Of a stretch of DNA of 64,000 nucleotides, positions 46,710-56,784 are shown one piece after another; the stretch's first letter is position 1, and every line of letters begins with the position of its first letter. This DNA comes from an uncultured Planctomycetales bacterium (GTDB lineage: Bacteria > Omnitrophota > Gorgyraeia > Gygaellales > Profunditerraquicolaceae). Both the position numbers and the translations under genes were made by a program. Location of the stretch: assembly GCA_964579435.1 (NCBI GenBank), contig CAZOGI010000012.1:5781-69780 (forward strand), written 5' to 3'. The notes beneath the pieces are model-generated. The model was given only the letters and a program-made list of their open reading frames with translations, had not been told where the DNA came from and ran no database searches.

Positions 46710-46800
46710 GGTGGGGTGGCAGAGCGGTCGAATGCGGCAGTCTTGAAAACTGTTGTCCCGCTTCGCGGGACCGTGAGTTCGAATCTCACCCCCACCGCCA
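46710..46800 (+). tRNA. tRNA-Ser(TGA), class II with long variable arm, CCA encoded
   Basis: Acceptor GGTGGGG/CCCCACC, anticodon loop CTTGAAA, variable arm GTCCCG-cttc-CGGGAC, T-arm GTGAG-TTCGAAT-CTCAC, discriminator G. Confidence 0.8.
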
Positions 46801-46846
46801 ATGTCTCGGAGTACGCTTTTTGTGCCGGGCAGGCCGGAAGAGCCCT

Positions 46847-47794
46847 ATGCCGAAGAGAGTCATCGTCGCCACTACGATACAGCATCCGACCCGGGCTATC
46901 GAACAATTCGACCGGCTTGCGGACTGGACGTTGATCGTTGTCGGCGACCTGAAAACACCGAAGCGATATAAGTTAAAAAGAGGCCTGTATCTTTCGCCCG
47001 CCGAACAGGAGGGACTTGACCCGAAGCTCTCCGATGCCATCGGTTGGAATACCCACGCGAGAAGGAATTTCGGGCATCTACTGGCAGCGCGGATGGGGGC
47101 GGATATTGTGGCGGTGGTTGATGACGATAACGTCCCGCTTGCCCATTGGGGCAAGGCGCTGCTGTTGGGCCGGCAGGTACGGGTGAATTATTACGATATC
47201 GCTGCAGACGCCTTCGACCCGGTCGGCGCCACCAACTATCCCTATCTTTGGCACCGGGGTTTTCCGGTGCAATTGGTCGGCGCCCGCAAATATCCGAAAC
47301 CGGAATCCAGGGTGATGACGTCCGATATCCAGGCCGATTTTTGGAACGGGGATCCGGATATCGACGCGATGGCGCGGATCCTCTATAGACCGCGCTGCAG
47401 TTTTTCCCGCGCTTTTTTCCCTCTCGCCTCCAATAAGCCGAGTCCTTTTAATTCGCAGAACACTTTTTTAACCCGGCAAGTGCTCCCGTACTGTTTCTTT
47501 CTGCCCCATGTTTCGCCTCTGGGCAGGCAGAGCGATATCTGGATGTCCTATCATCTGTTCTCCCTGGGATTCAAGACAATCTACGGGAAGCCATCCGTGT
47601 GCCAGCAGCGCAATATGCACGATCCCGTCGTCGATCTGCGGGATGAGCTTATCGGATACGAGAAGAATGCGGCTATCGTCGCCGCCATCAACGACGGTTC
47701 GTACCGCAAAGAGAACTTTTGGCCGGAAAGGACTTGCCGGGCCTATGCGCTCTATCGGAAATGGTTTATAAAAAATTCTTCTCCCGGGGCATAA
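46847..47794 (+). CDS. putative GT-A-like glycosyltransferase (DXD motif VVDDDN), hypothetical
   Basis: N-terminal Rossmann-like VIVATTIQHP..LIVVGDLKTP and a DDD motif. The family is uncertain. Confidence 0.35.
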   Translation: MPKRVIVATTIQHPTRAIEQFDRLADWTLIVVGDLKTPKRYKLKRGLYLSPAEQEGLDPKLSDAIGWNTHARRNFGHLLAARMGADIVAVVDDDNVPLAHWGKALLLGRQVRVNYYDIAADAFDPVGATNYPYLWHRGFPVQLVGARKYPKPESRVMTSDIQADFWNGDPDIDAMARILYRPRCSFSRAFFPLASNKPSPFNSQNTFLTRQVLPYCFFLPHVSPLGRQSDIWMSYHLFSLGFKTIYGKPSVCQQRNMHDPVVDLRDELIGYEKNAAIVAAINDGSYRKENFWPERTCRAYALYRKWFIKNSSPGA

Positions 47795-48957
47795 CCGCAT
47801 GGGCAAATGATTATCACGCCTGTCCGGTGGAAGACGCCAAATGGCACCTGCGGCCGCTGGGGGTGCGTTTCATCGACCGTTCGTTATCCGGTTCCTGGAG
47901 GCTCTTTTACAAAATCGATCCCGCCTGGCGGCTGAGGGTCATCAACCGAGACAATGTGGTTGGCCCTTACGAGTTCGGGAAATTCGACCGGCTGGCGCGT
48001 CTTTTCGCCGCAGAGTACGGTCCATGGATAAACCGTAACGTCGATTTTTTCTACTGCAGCTTCGTTCCGCACCTGTGCCATCTTTTCCTCTATTTTCGCA
48101 AACCCATCCTGCTCCATGCCAGTTTCCGGTTCGAAGGAAATCATCCGATTCCCGGGAATGAAATCGAAAAATTGTCGGGAATGTTGCGTGATCTGCGCCG
48201 AGAAGGGAGGCTGACGGTTGCCGCCACCAACCGTTACGACGCAGCGTACCTGCGTCATTTCTGCGGGGGCGAGCCGGTGGAGTTGCCTGCAACCGCGCTG
48301 TATGCCAAGGGAGTTCGCTATGCTCCGCGTAGAGCCGAGATCCTGATCGGCCCCTCCCGGTTTTCCGGCGGCGGCGAACAGGCGGTGGAGGAGATGAAAC
48401 AGTGGTTTTCTGCGCACGCACGCAGGTTTCTCCTGCGGACGATCCGCGAGCTGTATCCCCGACGGCATGCATGGGCGGATCTTGCGCGGCATCCGGCGAT
48501 TGTCGTTATCCCGTATTCCGTCCATGCCTTCGCGATCACGGAGTATCTTGCGATGGGAATCCCGCTTTTCTTTCCGTCGAGATCATTCCTCGTGCAATTG
48601 CACCTGAGGCGCTATATTCTGCAGGAGAGAAAGGCCGATCTGGAGCCGGCAGCATCCTCCTTGGTCAGCCCCGATCCTGCCGCGCCGGCGGCGCCGGATC
48701 CCAACAACGATTTCGACGCTGCGGCGCTGGATCACTGGCTGTCGTTCTGCGATTGGTACGGATGGCCCGTTGTCTACTTCGACTCCTGGGAGGATCTGGC
48801 GGTGAAGTTAGAGACAACCGACTTGCGCGCATACCACCGGACTTTGGTGGAGTTCGGCGCGCAGCAGGAAAGGGGAGTGGCAAAGACGTGGGAAGAGGTA
48901 TTGCTCAAGATGGGCGTTTTGCGACAGCATAAAGGAGGGACAGATGGAACAGGATAA
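47761..48957 (+). CDS. hypothetical protein, possibly GT-B-like glycosyltransferase
   Basis: Long ORF. The C-terminal region (..HAFAITEYLAMGIPLFFPS..) resembles the GT-B sugar-donor domain. The start is uncertain (ATG 47761 overlaps the upstream gene by 34 nt). Confidence 0.3.
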   Translation: MVYKKFFSRGITAWANDYHACPVEDAKWHLRPLGVRFIDRSLSGSWRLFYKIDPAWRLRVINRDNVVGPYEFGKFDRLARLFAAEYGPWINRNVDFFYCSFVPHLCHLFLYFRKPILLHASFRFEGNHPIPGNEIEKLSGMLRDLRREGRLTVAATNRYDAAYLRHFCGGEPVELPATALYAKGVRYAPRRAEILIGPSRFSGGGEQAVEEMKQWFSAHARRFLLRTIRELYPRRHAWADLARHPAIVVIPYSVHAFAITEYLAMGIPLFFPSRSFLVQLHLRRYILQERKADLEPAASSLVSPDPAAPAAPDPNNDFDAAALDHWLSFCDWYGWPVVYFDSWEDLAVKLETTDLRAYHRTLVEFGAQQERGVAKTWEEVLLKMGVLRQHKGGTDGTG

Positions 48958-49363
48958 GTTGGCGCGTTACTGCAACAGCGGCTTGCTTATTTTGCGTCTG
49001 GGGATCGGGGCGTTGTTTCTCTTCCACGGGTATCCGAAACTCATCGGCGGACCTGCGGGCTGGGAAAAACTCGGCGCGGCCGTTTCGTATGCCGGTATTC
49101 CCGGCGGTTTCGTGTTCTTCGGATTTTTGGCCGCCTGCGCCGAGTTCCTGGGGGCACTCTGCTTGATCCTCGGGTTCTGTTTCCGGCCGGCCTGTATCCT
49201 GATGACCATCACCATGGCGGTCGCGGCGAACATGCATCTTGCCACCGGCGGGGGCTTGAGCGCGGCTTCGCATGCCCTCGAGGTCGGTTTTGTCTTCCTG
49301 AGCCTCGTCCTGATCGGGCCGGGCGGCTACAGCATAGGCAAAACCAAATCGTGCTGTTCATAA
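48944..49363 (+). CDS. DoxX family membrane protein
   Basis: Four TM helices with the LRLGIGALFLFHGYPK motif. Confidence 0.75.
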   Translation: MEQDKLARYCNSGLLILRLGIGALFLFHGYPKLIGGPAGWEKLGAAVSYAGIPGGFVFFGFLAACAEFLGALCLILGFCFRPACILMTITMAVAANMHLATGGGLSAASHALEVGFVFLSLVLIGPGGYSIGKTKSCCS

Positions 49364-49464
49364 TACAGGCTGCTGGCACACCGGACGTTTTTTTGCTATA
49401 ATACAGCTGCCGCCGGTAGAGTGCGGTCGGTATTTTTCCCCGCGACGATTCGGATAAACCCGTT

Positions 49465-50133
49465 ATGGATAAACTCGAAGTAGTCCCTTCTTTGCTTTCC
49501 GCCGATTTTTCCGTGCTCTCCCAGGAGCTCGAAAAGGTTAAGGCTGCCGGCTGTATCCGGCTCCACCTGGATGTTATGGACGGTCATTTCGTGCCGAATC
49601 TCACTATCGGTCCGGTGGTTATCCGGTCCCTGCGTAAAAAGACGGACCTTTTGTTCGATACGCACCTGATGATCGAGCATCCCGAGGATTTCATCAAGCC
49701 TTTCTACGAGGCGGGCTCCGATTGCATCACCGTTCATAAGGAGGCCTGCGCGGATTTCGAGAAGACGATACGCGCGATCAAGAAGTGCGGCATCGACGCC
49801 GGCGTTTCGCTGCGGCCCAAGACCCCGGTCGAGAGCCTGCGCGGCGCGCTGCGGGATGTCGATTTCATCCTGGTGATGAGCGTGGAGCCGGGTTTCGGCG
49901 GCCAGGCCTATATCGAAGGTTCCGAGGAGAAAGTACGCCAGGTGCGCGCGCTCCTTCAGGAGGAAGGCCGGGATATTCCCATCGGCATCGACGGCGGGAT
50001 CAATCCCAAGACCGCCGCACTTGCCGCGGCTGCAGGCGCAACACGCCTTATCGCCGGAAACGCGGTTTTCGGGGGCGACGTAATCGGTAACGTGAAGGCT
50101 ATACTGGAAAGTGCGCGGAGGGCCTTGTCATGA
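49465..50133 (+). CDS. rpe: ribulose-phosphate 3-epimerase
   Basis: PSLLSADF and HLDVMDGHFVPN motifs. Confidence 0.9.
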   Translation: MDKLEVVPSLLSADFSVLSQELEKVKAAGCIRLHLDVMDGHFVPNLTIGPVVIRSLRKKTDLLFDTHLMIEHPEDFIKPFYEAGSDCITVHKEACADFEKTIRAIKKCGIDAGVSLRPKTPVESLRGALRDVDFILVMSVEPGFGGQAYIEGSEEKVRQVRALLQEEGRDIPIGIDGGINPKTAALAAAAGATRLIAGNAVFGGDVIGNVKAILESARRALS

Positions 50134-50600
50134 AGAAGCCGTCGGTGGTCCTCGGTTCGGACCATGCGGGTTTCGCCTGCAAGGAGAGCGTGAAGGATTT
50201 CCTGGAGGCACAAGGCATCTTGGTCGAGGACGCCGGGACCTTTTCTACGGAGAGCGTCGACTATCCGGATTATGCCGAACGGGTTTGCCTGCGGGTGCGC
50301 GCGGCACGGGGGACGGTGGGGATCCTTTCTTGCGGCACCGGTATCGGCGCGGCGATCAGCGCCAACAAAATACCCGGGATCCGGGCGGCGCTCGTGCGCA
50401 GCGTCAGGGAAGCGCGCCTGAGCAGGCAGCATAACGACGCCAACGTGTTGGTGGTTGCAGGCAGGCCTTTTAACCGGCAGTTGCTGCACCGTATCGTGCG
50501 GGCATGGTTGACCACGCCGTTCGAAGGCGGCAGGCACCTGCGCCGCATCCGTAAGATCAGACAATTGGAGCGCCGGTATAGCCGTCGCGCATCCGTATAG
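50130..50600 (+). CDS. rpiB: ribose-5-phosphate isomerase B
   Basis: LGSDHAGF and CGTGIG motifs. Confidence 0.85.
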   Translation: MKKPSVVLGSDHAGFACKESVKDFLEAQGILVEDAGTFSTESVDYPDYAERVCLRVRAARGTVGILSCGTGIGAAISANKIPGIRAALVRSVREARLSRQHNDANVLVVAGRPFNRQLLHRIVRAWLTTPFEGGRHLRRIRKIRQLERRYSRRASV

Positions 50601-50613
50601 GAGAGATGGCTTC

Positions 50614-51708
50614 ATGGAGAAAATGATCCTGGAAAAACTGGCTGCCGCAGGCCAGAGTATTTGGCTTGATTTCATAAGCCGCCGCCTTATCGAGAGCGGA
50701 CGGCTGGCGTCGTTGATCCGGTTGGGGCTGCGCGGGATGACCTCGAATCCGGCTATTTTTGACCAGGCGATCAGCCAGACCAGCGATTACGACGAAGAGA
50801 TCCGGCGGCTCAAGGCGCTGAATAAGAACGCCTTTGAGATCTATGACGAGCTGAGCGTCGAAGACATACAGGATGCGGCCGACATGTTCTTTCCCGTCTA
50901 TGAGCGTACGGACGGCCTTGACGGGTACGTGAGCCTGGAGATCGACCCGCGCCTCGCGCACGACACGCACGCGACGATCCGCGAAGGGGTCCGGGTGCAT
51001 GCGAAGGTCAACCGTCTCAACTGCATGGTCAAGGTGCCCTGTACCGACGCCGGATACCCGGCGATCGAGGAATTGGTTGCCGCGGGGATTCCGGTCAATG
51101 CAACGCTCATTTTCTCCCTGTCGCAGTATGAGCAGGCGGCGCGCGCGTATACGGCCGGCCTGGGCCGGCTCAAGCACCCTGCGGGGGTGCGTTCCGTCGC
51201 CAGCGTTTTCGTCTCCCGGTTCGATACCTCAATCGATGCTTCCTTGAAAGAGCGGGGCGGCTGTGAGGCGCTTTTGGGCCAGGCTGCGCTCGCCAATGCC
51301 CGGCTCATTTATTTCCGGGCCCGGGAAATTTTCGGCGAGGAATCGTTCCTGCGCCTGGAACGCAGCGGGGCGCACCGCCAGCGGGTCCTCTGGGCGTCGA
51401 CCGGAACGAAGAATCCGCAGTACAGCGACATCAAATACATTACCGAGCTGATCGCCCCGGATACGGTCAACACCGTCCCCGAAAAGACGCTCGAGGCTTT
51501 CCTTGATCACGGGAGCGTGCGGGAAGCGATGGCGGGGACCGTTGCCCAGGGGCAGGCGGTGTTGCGGGGGCTGGCAGATGCGGGGATCGATACCGCGTCC
51601 GTTTTCGACGCCTTGCTTGCCGACGGGGTGTCGAGTTTCCAGAAAGCATTCGGGAACCTGTTGGGGTCGATCGAAAAGAAGGCGGCAGCGGAGAAGAGCC
51701 GTGTCTGA
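50614..51708 (+). CDS. tal: transaldolase
   Basis: The 364-aa long-type transaldolase with the [12 protein letters not shown] motif. Confidence 0.85.
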   Translation: MEKMILEKLAAAGQSIWLDFISRRLIESGRLASLIRLGLRGMTSNPAIFDQAISQTSDYDEEIRRLKALNKNAFEIYDELSVEDIQDAADMFFPVYERTDGLDGYVSLEIDPRLAHDTHATIREGVRVHAKVNRLNCMVKVPCTDAGYPAIEELVAAGIPVNATLIFSLSQYEQAARAYTAGLGRLKHPAGVRSVASVFVSRFDTSIDASLKERGGCEALLGQAALANARLIYFRAREIFGEESFLRLERSGAHRQRVLWASTGTKNPQYSDIKYITELIAPDTVNTVPEKTLEAFLDHGSVREAMAGTVAQGQAVLRGLADAGIDTASVFDALLADGVSSFQKAFGNLLGSIEKKAAAEKSRV

Positions 51709-53362
51709 GCGCGCGCGATCCGGTTTGCCTAAAACGGTTTTGGTGAGCGCCCGGCCGGAGTGGAAGGCCTTGGCGGCGCACGCCGCGCAGGTACAGCGCC
51801 TGCACCTGCGTGAGTTGTTCTCCCGGGAGCCTGGCCGCGCCGAGCGGTTTTCTTTCGAAGCCGCGGGGCTCTTTGCCGATCTTTCCAAGAACCGCATCAC
51901 CGCAGAGACCGTTTCGCTGTTGACGGCCTTGGCGCGGGAGTGCGATTTAGAGCGGCGCATCAAAGCGCTGGTGCGGGGAGAAAAGGTGAATGTGACGGAA
52001 AACCGCGCCGCCCTTCATACCGCCCTGCGTTCGCCCCGGGATATTTCCCTCCTGGTCGACGGGACGGATGTTATCCCGCAGGTCCATGCTGTCCTGGATA
52101 AGATGGCCGTTTTTTCCGGGCAGGTGCGCAGCGGTGCCTGGAAAGGCGCAACCGGCAAGCGTATCCGCGCGGTCGTCAATATCGGAATCGGCGGCTCGGA
52201 TCTGGGGCCGGCAATGGCCCTGGAGGCGCTGCGGTATTACGCGCAGCGGGATATTTCTTTCCGGTTTGTCTCCAACGTCGATGGGACCGATCTGGCCGAA
52301 GCGACGCGCGATCTGAACCCGGAAGAAACGCTTTTTATCGTCGCCTCCAAGACGTTCACCACGCTGGAGACGATGGCCAACGCCCAGGCGGCGCGCGCCT
52401 GGGCGCTTGAGCGCCTGAACGACCCGGGTGCGATCGCCAAGCACTTCGTGGCGGTTTCCACCAATGCCCCGGCGGTCAAAGAGTTCGGCATCGACACGCA
52501 GAACATGTTCGGCTTCTGGGACTGGGTTGGCGGCCGGTTTTCCCTCTGTTCGGCGATCGGCCTGTCCGTGATGATCGCCCTGGGGGAAGAGCGGTTCCGC
52601 GAGATGCTCGACGGTTTCAGGGAGATGGACGAGCATTTCTGCGCCGCGCCGTTTGACCGTAATCTCCCGGTCCTGATGGGCCTGCTTTCGGTCTGGTACA
52701 GCGATTTTTTCAACGCCCAGTCGATCGCCGTCCTGCCGTACGAGCAGTACCTGAGGCGTTTTCCTGCCTACCTGCAGCAGTTGGTCATGGAGAGCAACGG
52801 CAAGTGCGTGACGCTCTCGGGAGAGCGCATCCCGTACGAGACCAGCCCCGTTGTCTGGGGAGAGCCCGGGACCAACGGCCAGCATTCGTTCTTTCAGTTA
52901 CTGCATCAGGGCACGAAGCTGGTGCCGTGCGATTTCATCGGCTTCTGCAGGACCCTGAATCCCGTCGGGAACCAACAGCAGCTTTTGCTGGCGAACATGA
53001 TCGCCCAGTCAGAAGCCCTCGCCTTCGGCAAGACGGCGGCATCGGTGCGTCAAGACGGGGTCGCCGACGAATTGGTGGCGCATCGCACCTTTGAAGGAAA
53101 CCGGCCTTCGACGGTCATACTTGCCGATCTTCTGACTCCCCGGATCCTCGGTTCCCTCATCGCGCTCTATGAGCACAGCGTGTTTGTCCAGGGGATGATC
53201 TGGGGGATCAATCCGTTCGACCAATGGGGGGTAGAGTTGGGTAAGGTCCTGGCCAAGCGCGTTGCCGAAGAACTCCAGAACCCACACGAGCCGTCCCTGC
53301 AGCACGATGCCTCCACCAATGCGTTGATCCGGCGCTGCCGGCAGCGCCGGAATCCTGCATAG
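51701..53362 (+). CDS. pgi: glucose-6-phosphate isomerase
   Basis: PGI family motifs ([10 protein letters not shown], ..SKTFTT.E). The likely GTG start at 51701 overlaps the tal stop. The track ORF 51503.. is an upstream extension. Confidence 0.85.
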   Translation: MSERARSGLPKTVLVSARPEWKALAAHAAQVQRLHLRELFSREPGRAERFSFEAAGLFADLSKNRITAETVSLLTALARECDLERRIKALVRGEKVNVTENRAALHTALRSPRDISLLVDGTDVIPQVHAVLDKMAVFSGQVRSGAWKGATGKRIRAVVNIGIGGSDLGPAMALEALRYYAQRDISFRFVSNVDGTDLAEATRDLNPEETLFIVASKTFTTLETMANAQAARAWALERLNDPGAIAKHFVAVSTNAPAVKEFGIDTQNMFGFWDWVGGRFSLCSAIGLSVMIALGEERFREMLDGFREMDEHFCAAPFDRNLPVLMGLLSVWYSDFFNAQSIAVLPYEQYLRRFPAYLQQLVMESNGKCVTLSGERIPYETSPVVWGEPGTNGQHSFFQLLHQGTKLVPCDFIGFCRTLNPVGNQQQLLLANMIAQSEALAFGKTAASVRQDGVADELVAHRTFEGNRPSTVILADLLTPRILGSLIALYEHSVFVQGMIWGINPFDQWGVELGKVLAKRVAEELQNPHEPSLQHDASTNALIRRCRQRRNPA

Positions 53363-53398
53363 ACAGGGTGCGCAACGGACCACAAACACCTTTCTCTT

Positions 53399-55045
53399 AT
53401 GGCCCTTCATCCTCTCGCCGGAAAAAAAGCGCCTCCTGAGCAGCTTATCGACGTGGATGCCCTCAAGCGCGCCTATTTCCAGCGTCATCCCGATTTTTCC
53501 GATCCCGCACGGGAGGTCAGTTTCGGCACCAACGGCCACCGCGGGTCTGCGTTCGACGGAACCTTTAATGAAGAGCACGTTTTGGCGATCGCCCAGGCGA
53601 TCTGCGATTACCGCCGTCAGGCGCGTATAACCGGGCCGCTCTTCGTCGGTAAAGATACGCACGCCCTTTCCTCTCCGGCCGAAAAGACCGCCTTGGAGGT
53701 CTTTATCGCCAACGATGTCGAGACGTTCGTGCAGTCCGGGGACGGCTTTACGCCTACCCCCGCGATCTCGCGCGCCATCATCACGTATAACCACGGCAAG
53801 CAACAGGGGCGGGCGGATGGCGTCGTGCTCACTCCGTCGCATAATCCCCCGGCCGACGGCGGTTTCAAATACAACGCAACGCACGGCGGCCCCGCAGATA
53901 CCGAAGCGACCCTCTGGATCCAGGAGCGGGCCAATCAGCTGTTGCGTACGGGCACCGCCGCCATCAGGCGCACTCCTTTTTCCGCGCAGCGCTGCGTTGC
54001 CCGTCTGCATCAGTACGACTTCGTGCGGCCGTATGTCGAGGACCTGACGCGCGTCATCGATTGCGGGCTCATCCGCGCTTCAGGCATCAAAGTCGGCGTC
54101 GATCCGCTCGGCGGCGCGTCTCTGGGCTATTGGGGGCCGCTGCGCCAGCACTACCATCTTGATCTGACGGTGGTCAATCCGTCGATGGATGCGACCTTCG
54201 GGTTCATGACGCTCGACTACGACGGGAAGATCCGCATGGATTGTTCCAGTCCCTTTGTCATGGCCGGTTCGCTTCCGTTGCGGGACCGTTTTGACGTTCT
54301 CTTCGGCAACGACGCAGACGCCGACCGTCACGGGATCATTACCCGTTCTTCGGGGCTGCTCAATCCGAATCATTTCCTGGCAGTGGCGATCTCCTATCTG
54401 CTGCAGAGCCGTCTGCGCTGGTCCAGCGGCGCCGCGATCGGCAAAACCCTTGTTTCCAGCAGCCTCATCGACCGGGTGGTCGAGTTGGCGCACCGGCGTT
54501 TATGGGAGGTCCCGGTTGGTTTCAAGTGGTTCGTACCCGGGCTGGCGGACGGATCGGTTTGTTTCGGGGGCGAAGAGAGCGCCGGTGCCAGTTTCCTTTG
54601 TTTTGACGGTTCGGTCTGGACCACGGATAAAGACGGGATCCTGATGGGGCTTCTGGCCGCGGAGATGACCGCGCGCACCGGCAAGGATCCGGGGGCACTC
54701 TATGCCGAGCTGGCCGGCCGTTTCCAGGCGCCGTTGTATACACGCATCGATCTTCCCGCGACGCCGCAGCTGAAGGCGAGACTGAAGAATCTCTCGATAC
54801 CCGAAGGCTCGATCGGCAGTATTGCCGGGGAGCCCGTCGTGCAGGTTCTCACCCGTGCCCCGGGCAATGACGCCCCGATAGGCGGGCTTAAAATAGTCAC
54901 GCCGAGCGGCTGGTTCGCGGCGCGGCCCTCGGGGACGGAAGACGTCTATAAAATATACGCGGAAAGTTTTAAAGGTCAGCAGCACCTGGACGATCTCCTC
55001 ACCGAGGCTCAGCGGCTTATTACCGATTTGGCGAAGGCGGCGTAA
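53399..55045 (+). CDS. pgm: phosphoglucomutase (alpha-D-glucose phosphate-specific)
   Basis: Active-site TPSHNP motif; 548 aa. Confidence 0.85.
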   Translation: MALHPLAGKKAPPEQLIDVDALKRAYFQRHPDFSDPAREVSFGTNGHRGSAFDGTFNEEHVLAIAQAICDYRRQARITGPLFVGKDTHALSSPAEKTALEVFIANDVETFVQSGDGFTPTPAISRAIITYNHGKQQGRADGVVLTPSHNPPADGGFKYNATHGGPADTEATLWIQERANQLLRTGTAAIRRTPFSAQRCVARLHQYDFVRPYVEDLTRVIDCGLIRASGIKVGVDPLGGASLGYWGPLRQHYHLDLTVVNPSMDATFGFMTLDYDGKIRMDCSSPFVMAGSLPLRDRFDVLFGNDADADRHGIITRSSGLLNPNHFLAVAISYLLQSRLRWSSGAAIGKTLVSSSLIDRVVELAHRRLWEVPVGFKWFVPGLADGSVCFGGEESAGASFLCFDGSVWTTDKDGILMGLLAAEMTARTGKDPGALYAELAGRFQAPLYTRIDLPATPQLKARLKNLSIPEGSIGSIAGEPVVQVLTRAPGNDAPIGGLKIVTPSGWFAARPSGTEDVYKIYAESFKGQQHLDDLLTEAQRLITDLAKAA

Positions 55046-55100
55046 CCAATGAGGCTGCAGAAAGTTTTGCGCCAGGCTTGATCCGCAAAGCACTTGTGTA

Positions 55101-55129
55101 TTGACAGACGCCGGGGTGTGTGTTATACT
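55101..55129 (+). promoter_or_regulatory. consensus sigma70 promoter TTGACA-N17-TATACT driving the riboswitch and rib operon
   Basis: ttgaca at 55101-55106 and tatact at 55124-55129. Confidence 0.55.
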
Positions 55130-55130
55130 C

Positions 55131-55250
55131 CAAAGACTAATCTTCGGGGAAGGGTGAAATTCCCGACCGGCGGTAAAGCCCGCGAGCCTTTCCAAGTGAA
55201 GGCAGATCCGGCGAGATTCCGGAGCCGATGGTGCCGCAGAAAGCTGCACA
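55131..55250 (+). promoter_or_regulatory. FMN riboswitch (RFN element) aptamer
   Basis: CTTCGGGGAAGGGTGAAATTCCCGACCGGCGGTAAAGCCCGCGAGC...CCGGCGAGATTCCGGAGCCGA matches the RFN consensus core. It lies upstream of ribBA. Confidence 0.85.
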
Positions 55251-55362
55251 CTGAGCCATCCTTTTGGCTCAGGTGTGACGCAAGCTGCACACTGAGCCAT
55301 CCTTTTGGCTCAGGTGTGACGCAAGCTGCACATGAGCCATCCTTTTGGCTCAGTGTGTAAGG
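55241..55362 (+). repeat. three tandem ~41-nt repeats, each an extended hairpin (cacactgagcc-atcctttt-ggctcaggtgtg), inside the riboswitch expression platform
   Basis: Units 55241..55281, 55282..55322 and 55323..55362. The third has small differences. The first unit starts inside the aptamer 3' end. Confidence 0.8.
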
Positions 55363-55496
55363 CTCTCTGCGCAAACGCCAAACTAATCGGACGGCTTGGG
55401 AGTACGCTTTTCGCGTAACTCCAAACTATCCGTTAAGTTTGGGGTTACGCTTTCCGCGTAAAGTCCAGATGAAAGAAGATTAGCAGTACCCCCATA

Positions 55497-55525
55497 CCCG
55501 AAGAGTCTCTTCGGGCTTTTTTTTT
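55497..55525 (+). terminator. riboswitch expression-platform terminator
   Basis: cccgaagag...ctcttcggg stem followed by a T9 run, immediately upstream of the ribBA Shine-Dalgarno. Confidence 0.8.
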
Positions 55526-55541
55526 GAAGGAGGGCAGTGCG

Positions 55542-56783
55542 GTGTTAGATTCGATTCCGGACATACTGAACGACTTGAAACAGGCTCGCATGGTCATTGT
55601 CGTCGACGACGAGGAGCGCGAGAACGAAGGGGATCTGGTGATGGCCGCGCAGTTCGTGCGGCCCGAAGATATCAATTTCATGGCCAAATACGGACGCGGC
55701 CTGATCTGTGTCCCCATGGAACAGGAACGCCTGCGCTCTCTGGAGCTGGAACCGATGCTCAAAGAGGGCCTGTTGCAGGAATCGCGCGATCCCTATGCCA
55801 CCGCCTGGATGATCTCGGTCGATGCCAGCCACGGTATCACGACGGGGATCTCGGCGCACGACCGCGCGCATACGATCAAGATACTGCTCGATCCTTCGAG
55901 TGCGCCGAAGGATCTGGTGCGTCCCGGGCATCTGTTTCCGCTGCGCGCGGTGCCGGGCGGGGTCCTGGTGCGCGCCGGTCATACGGAGGCCTCGGTTGAC
56001 CTGACGCGCCTGGCAGGGTTATATCCTGCAGGGGTTATCTGCGAGATCCTGAACGAGGACGGCACGATGGCGCGGCTGCCCCAGCTGCTGCGTTTTGCCC
56101 AGGAGCACGGCTTGAAGATATGCTCCATAGCTGACTTAATTGAATACCGCAGACGTTCCGAGCGGCTCATAGAAAAGCTCTCCGAAGCCCAGTTACCGAC
56201 CGAGAACGGGATCTACCGGTTTATGGTGTACCGCGACCGCCTGACCCAACAGGTGCATGTCGCCCTCGTCCGGGGCGATGTGGGCACGGATGAGCCGGTT
56301 CTGGTACGGGTCCATTCCGAATGCCTCACCGGAGATGTCTTCGGGTCGCTTCGCTGCGATTGCGGCAGGCAACTCAAGAAATCCATGGAGCGCATCGACG
56401 CGCTCGGCCGCGGTGTCATTCTTTATATGAACCAGGAAGGACGCGGCATCGGCCTGGTCGATAAGATCCGCGCCTACGGCCTGCAGGAACAGGGTATGGA
56501 TACGGTCCAGGCCAACCAGGCGCTGGGCTATGAGCCGGACCTGCGCGATTACGGTATCGGGGCGCAGATCCTTGCTGATCTGGGGGTGAAGAATATCCGC
56601 CTTCTGACGAACAACCCCCGCAAGATCGTCGGCCTGCAGGGCTACGGCCTGAAAGTCGTGGAGCGCGTCTCCCTTGAGATAGAGCCGCATGAGTGGAATT
56701 ACAAGTATCTGAAGACCAAGAAGGAAAAGCTGGGGCATGACCTTTCTCTTTTAACCCGGCCGGAAGATAAAAAGGAGGAGTAA
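55542..56783 (+). CDS. ribBA: bifunctional 3,4-dihydroxy-2-butanone-4-phosphate synthase / GTP cyclohydrolase II
   Basis: RibB N-domain (ENEGDLV) plus RibA C-domain (CxxGxxxxxxxCDCG). A GTG start at 55542 with a GAAGGAGGG Shine-Dalgarno is likely. The track's TTG at 55524 lies inside the terminator T-run. Confidence 0.85.
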   Translation: MLDSIPDILNDLKQARMVIVVDDEERENEGDLVMAAQFVRPEDINFMAKYGRGLICVPMEQERLRSLELEPMLKEGLLQESRDPYATAWMISVDASHGITTGISAHDRAHTIKILLDPSSAPKDLVRPGHLFPLRAVPGGVLVRAGHTEASVDLTRLAGLYPAGVICEILNEDGTMARLPQLLRFAQEHGLKICSIADLIEYRRRSERLIEKLSEAQLPTENGIYRFMVYRDRLTQQVHVALVRGDVGTDEPVLVRVHSECLTGDVFGSLRCDCGRQLKKSMERIDALGRGVILYMNQEGRGIGLVDKIRAYGLQEQGMDTVQANQALGYEPDLRDYGIGAQILADLGVKNIRLLTNNPRKIVGLQGYGLKVVERVSLEIEPHEWNYKYLKTKKEKLGHDLSLLTRPEDKKEE

Positions 56784-56784
56784 G

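Noticed and set aside
55094-55374. ORFs on both strands with a repeated EPSFWL peptide
   Set aside because: They are inside the FMN riboswitch leader. The repetition reflects the 41-nt tandem hairpin repeats, not a protein.
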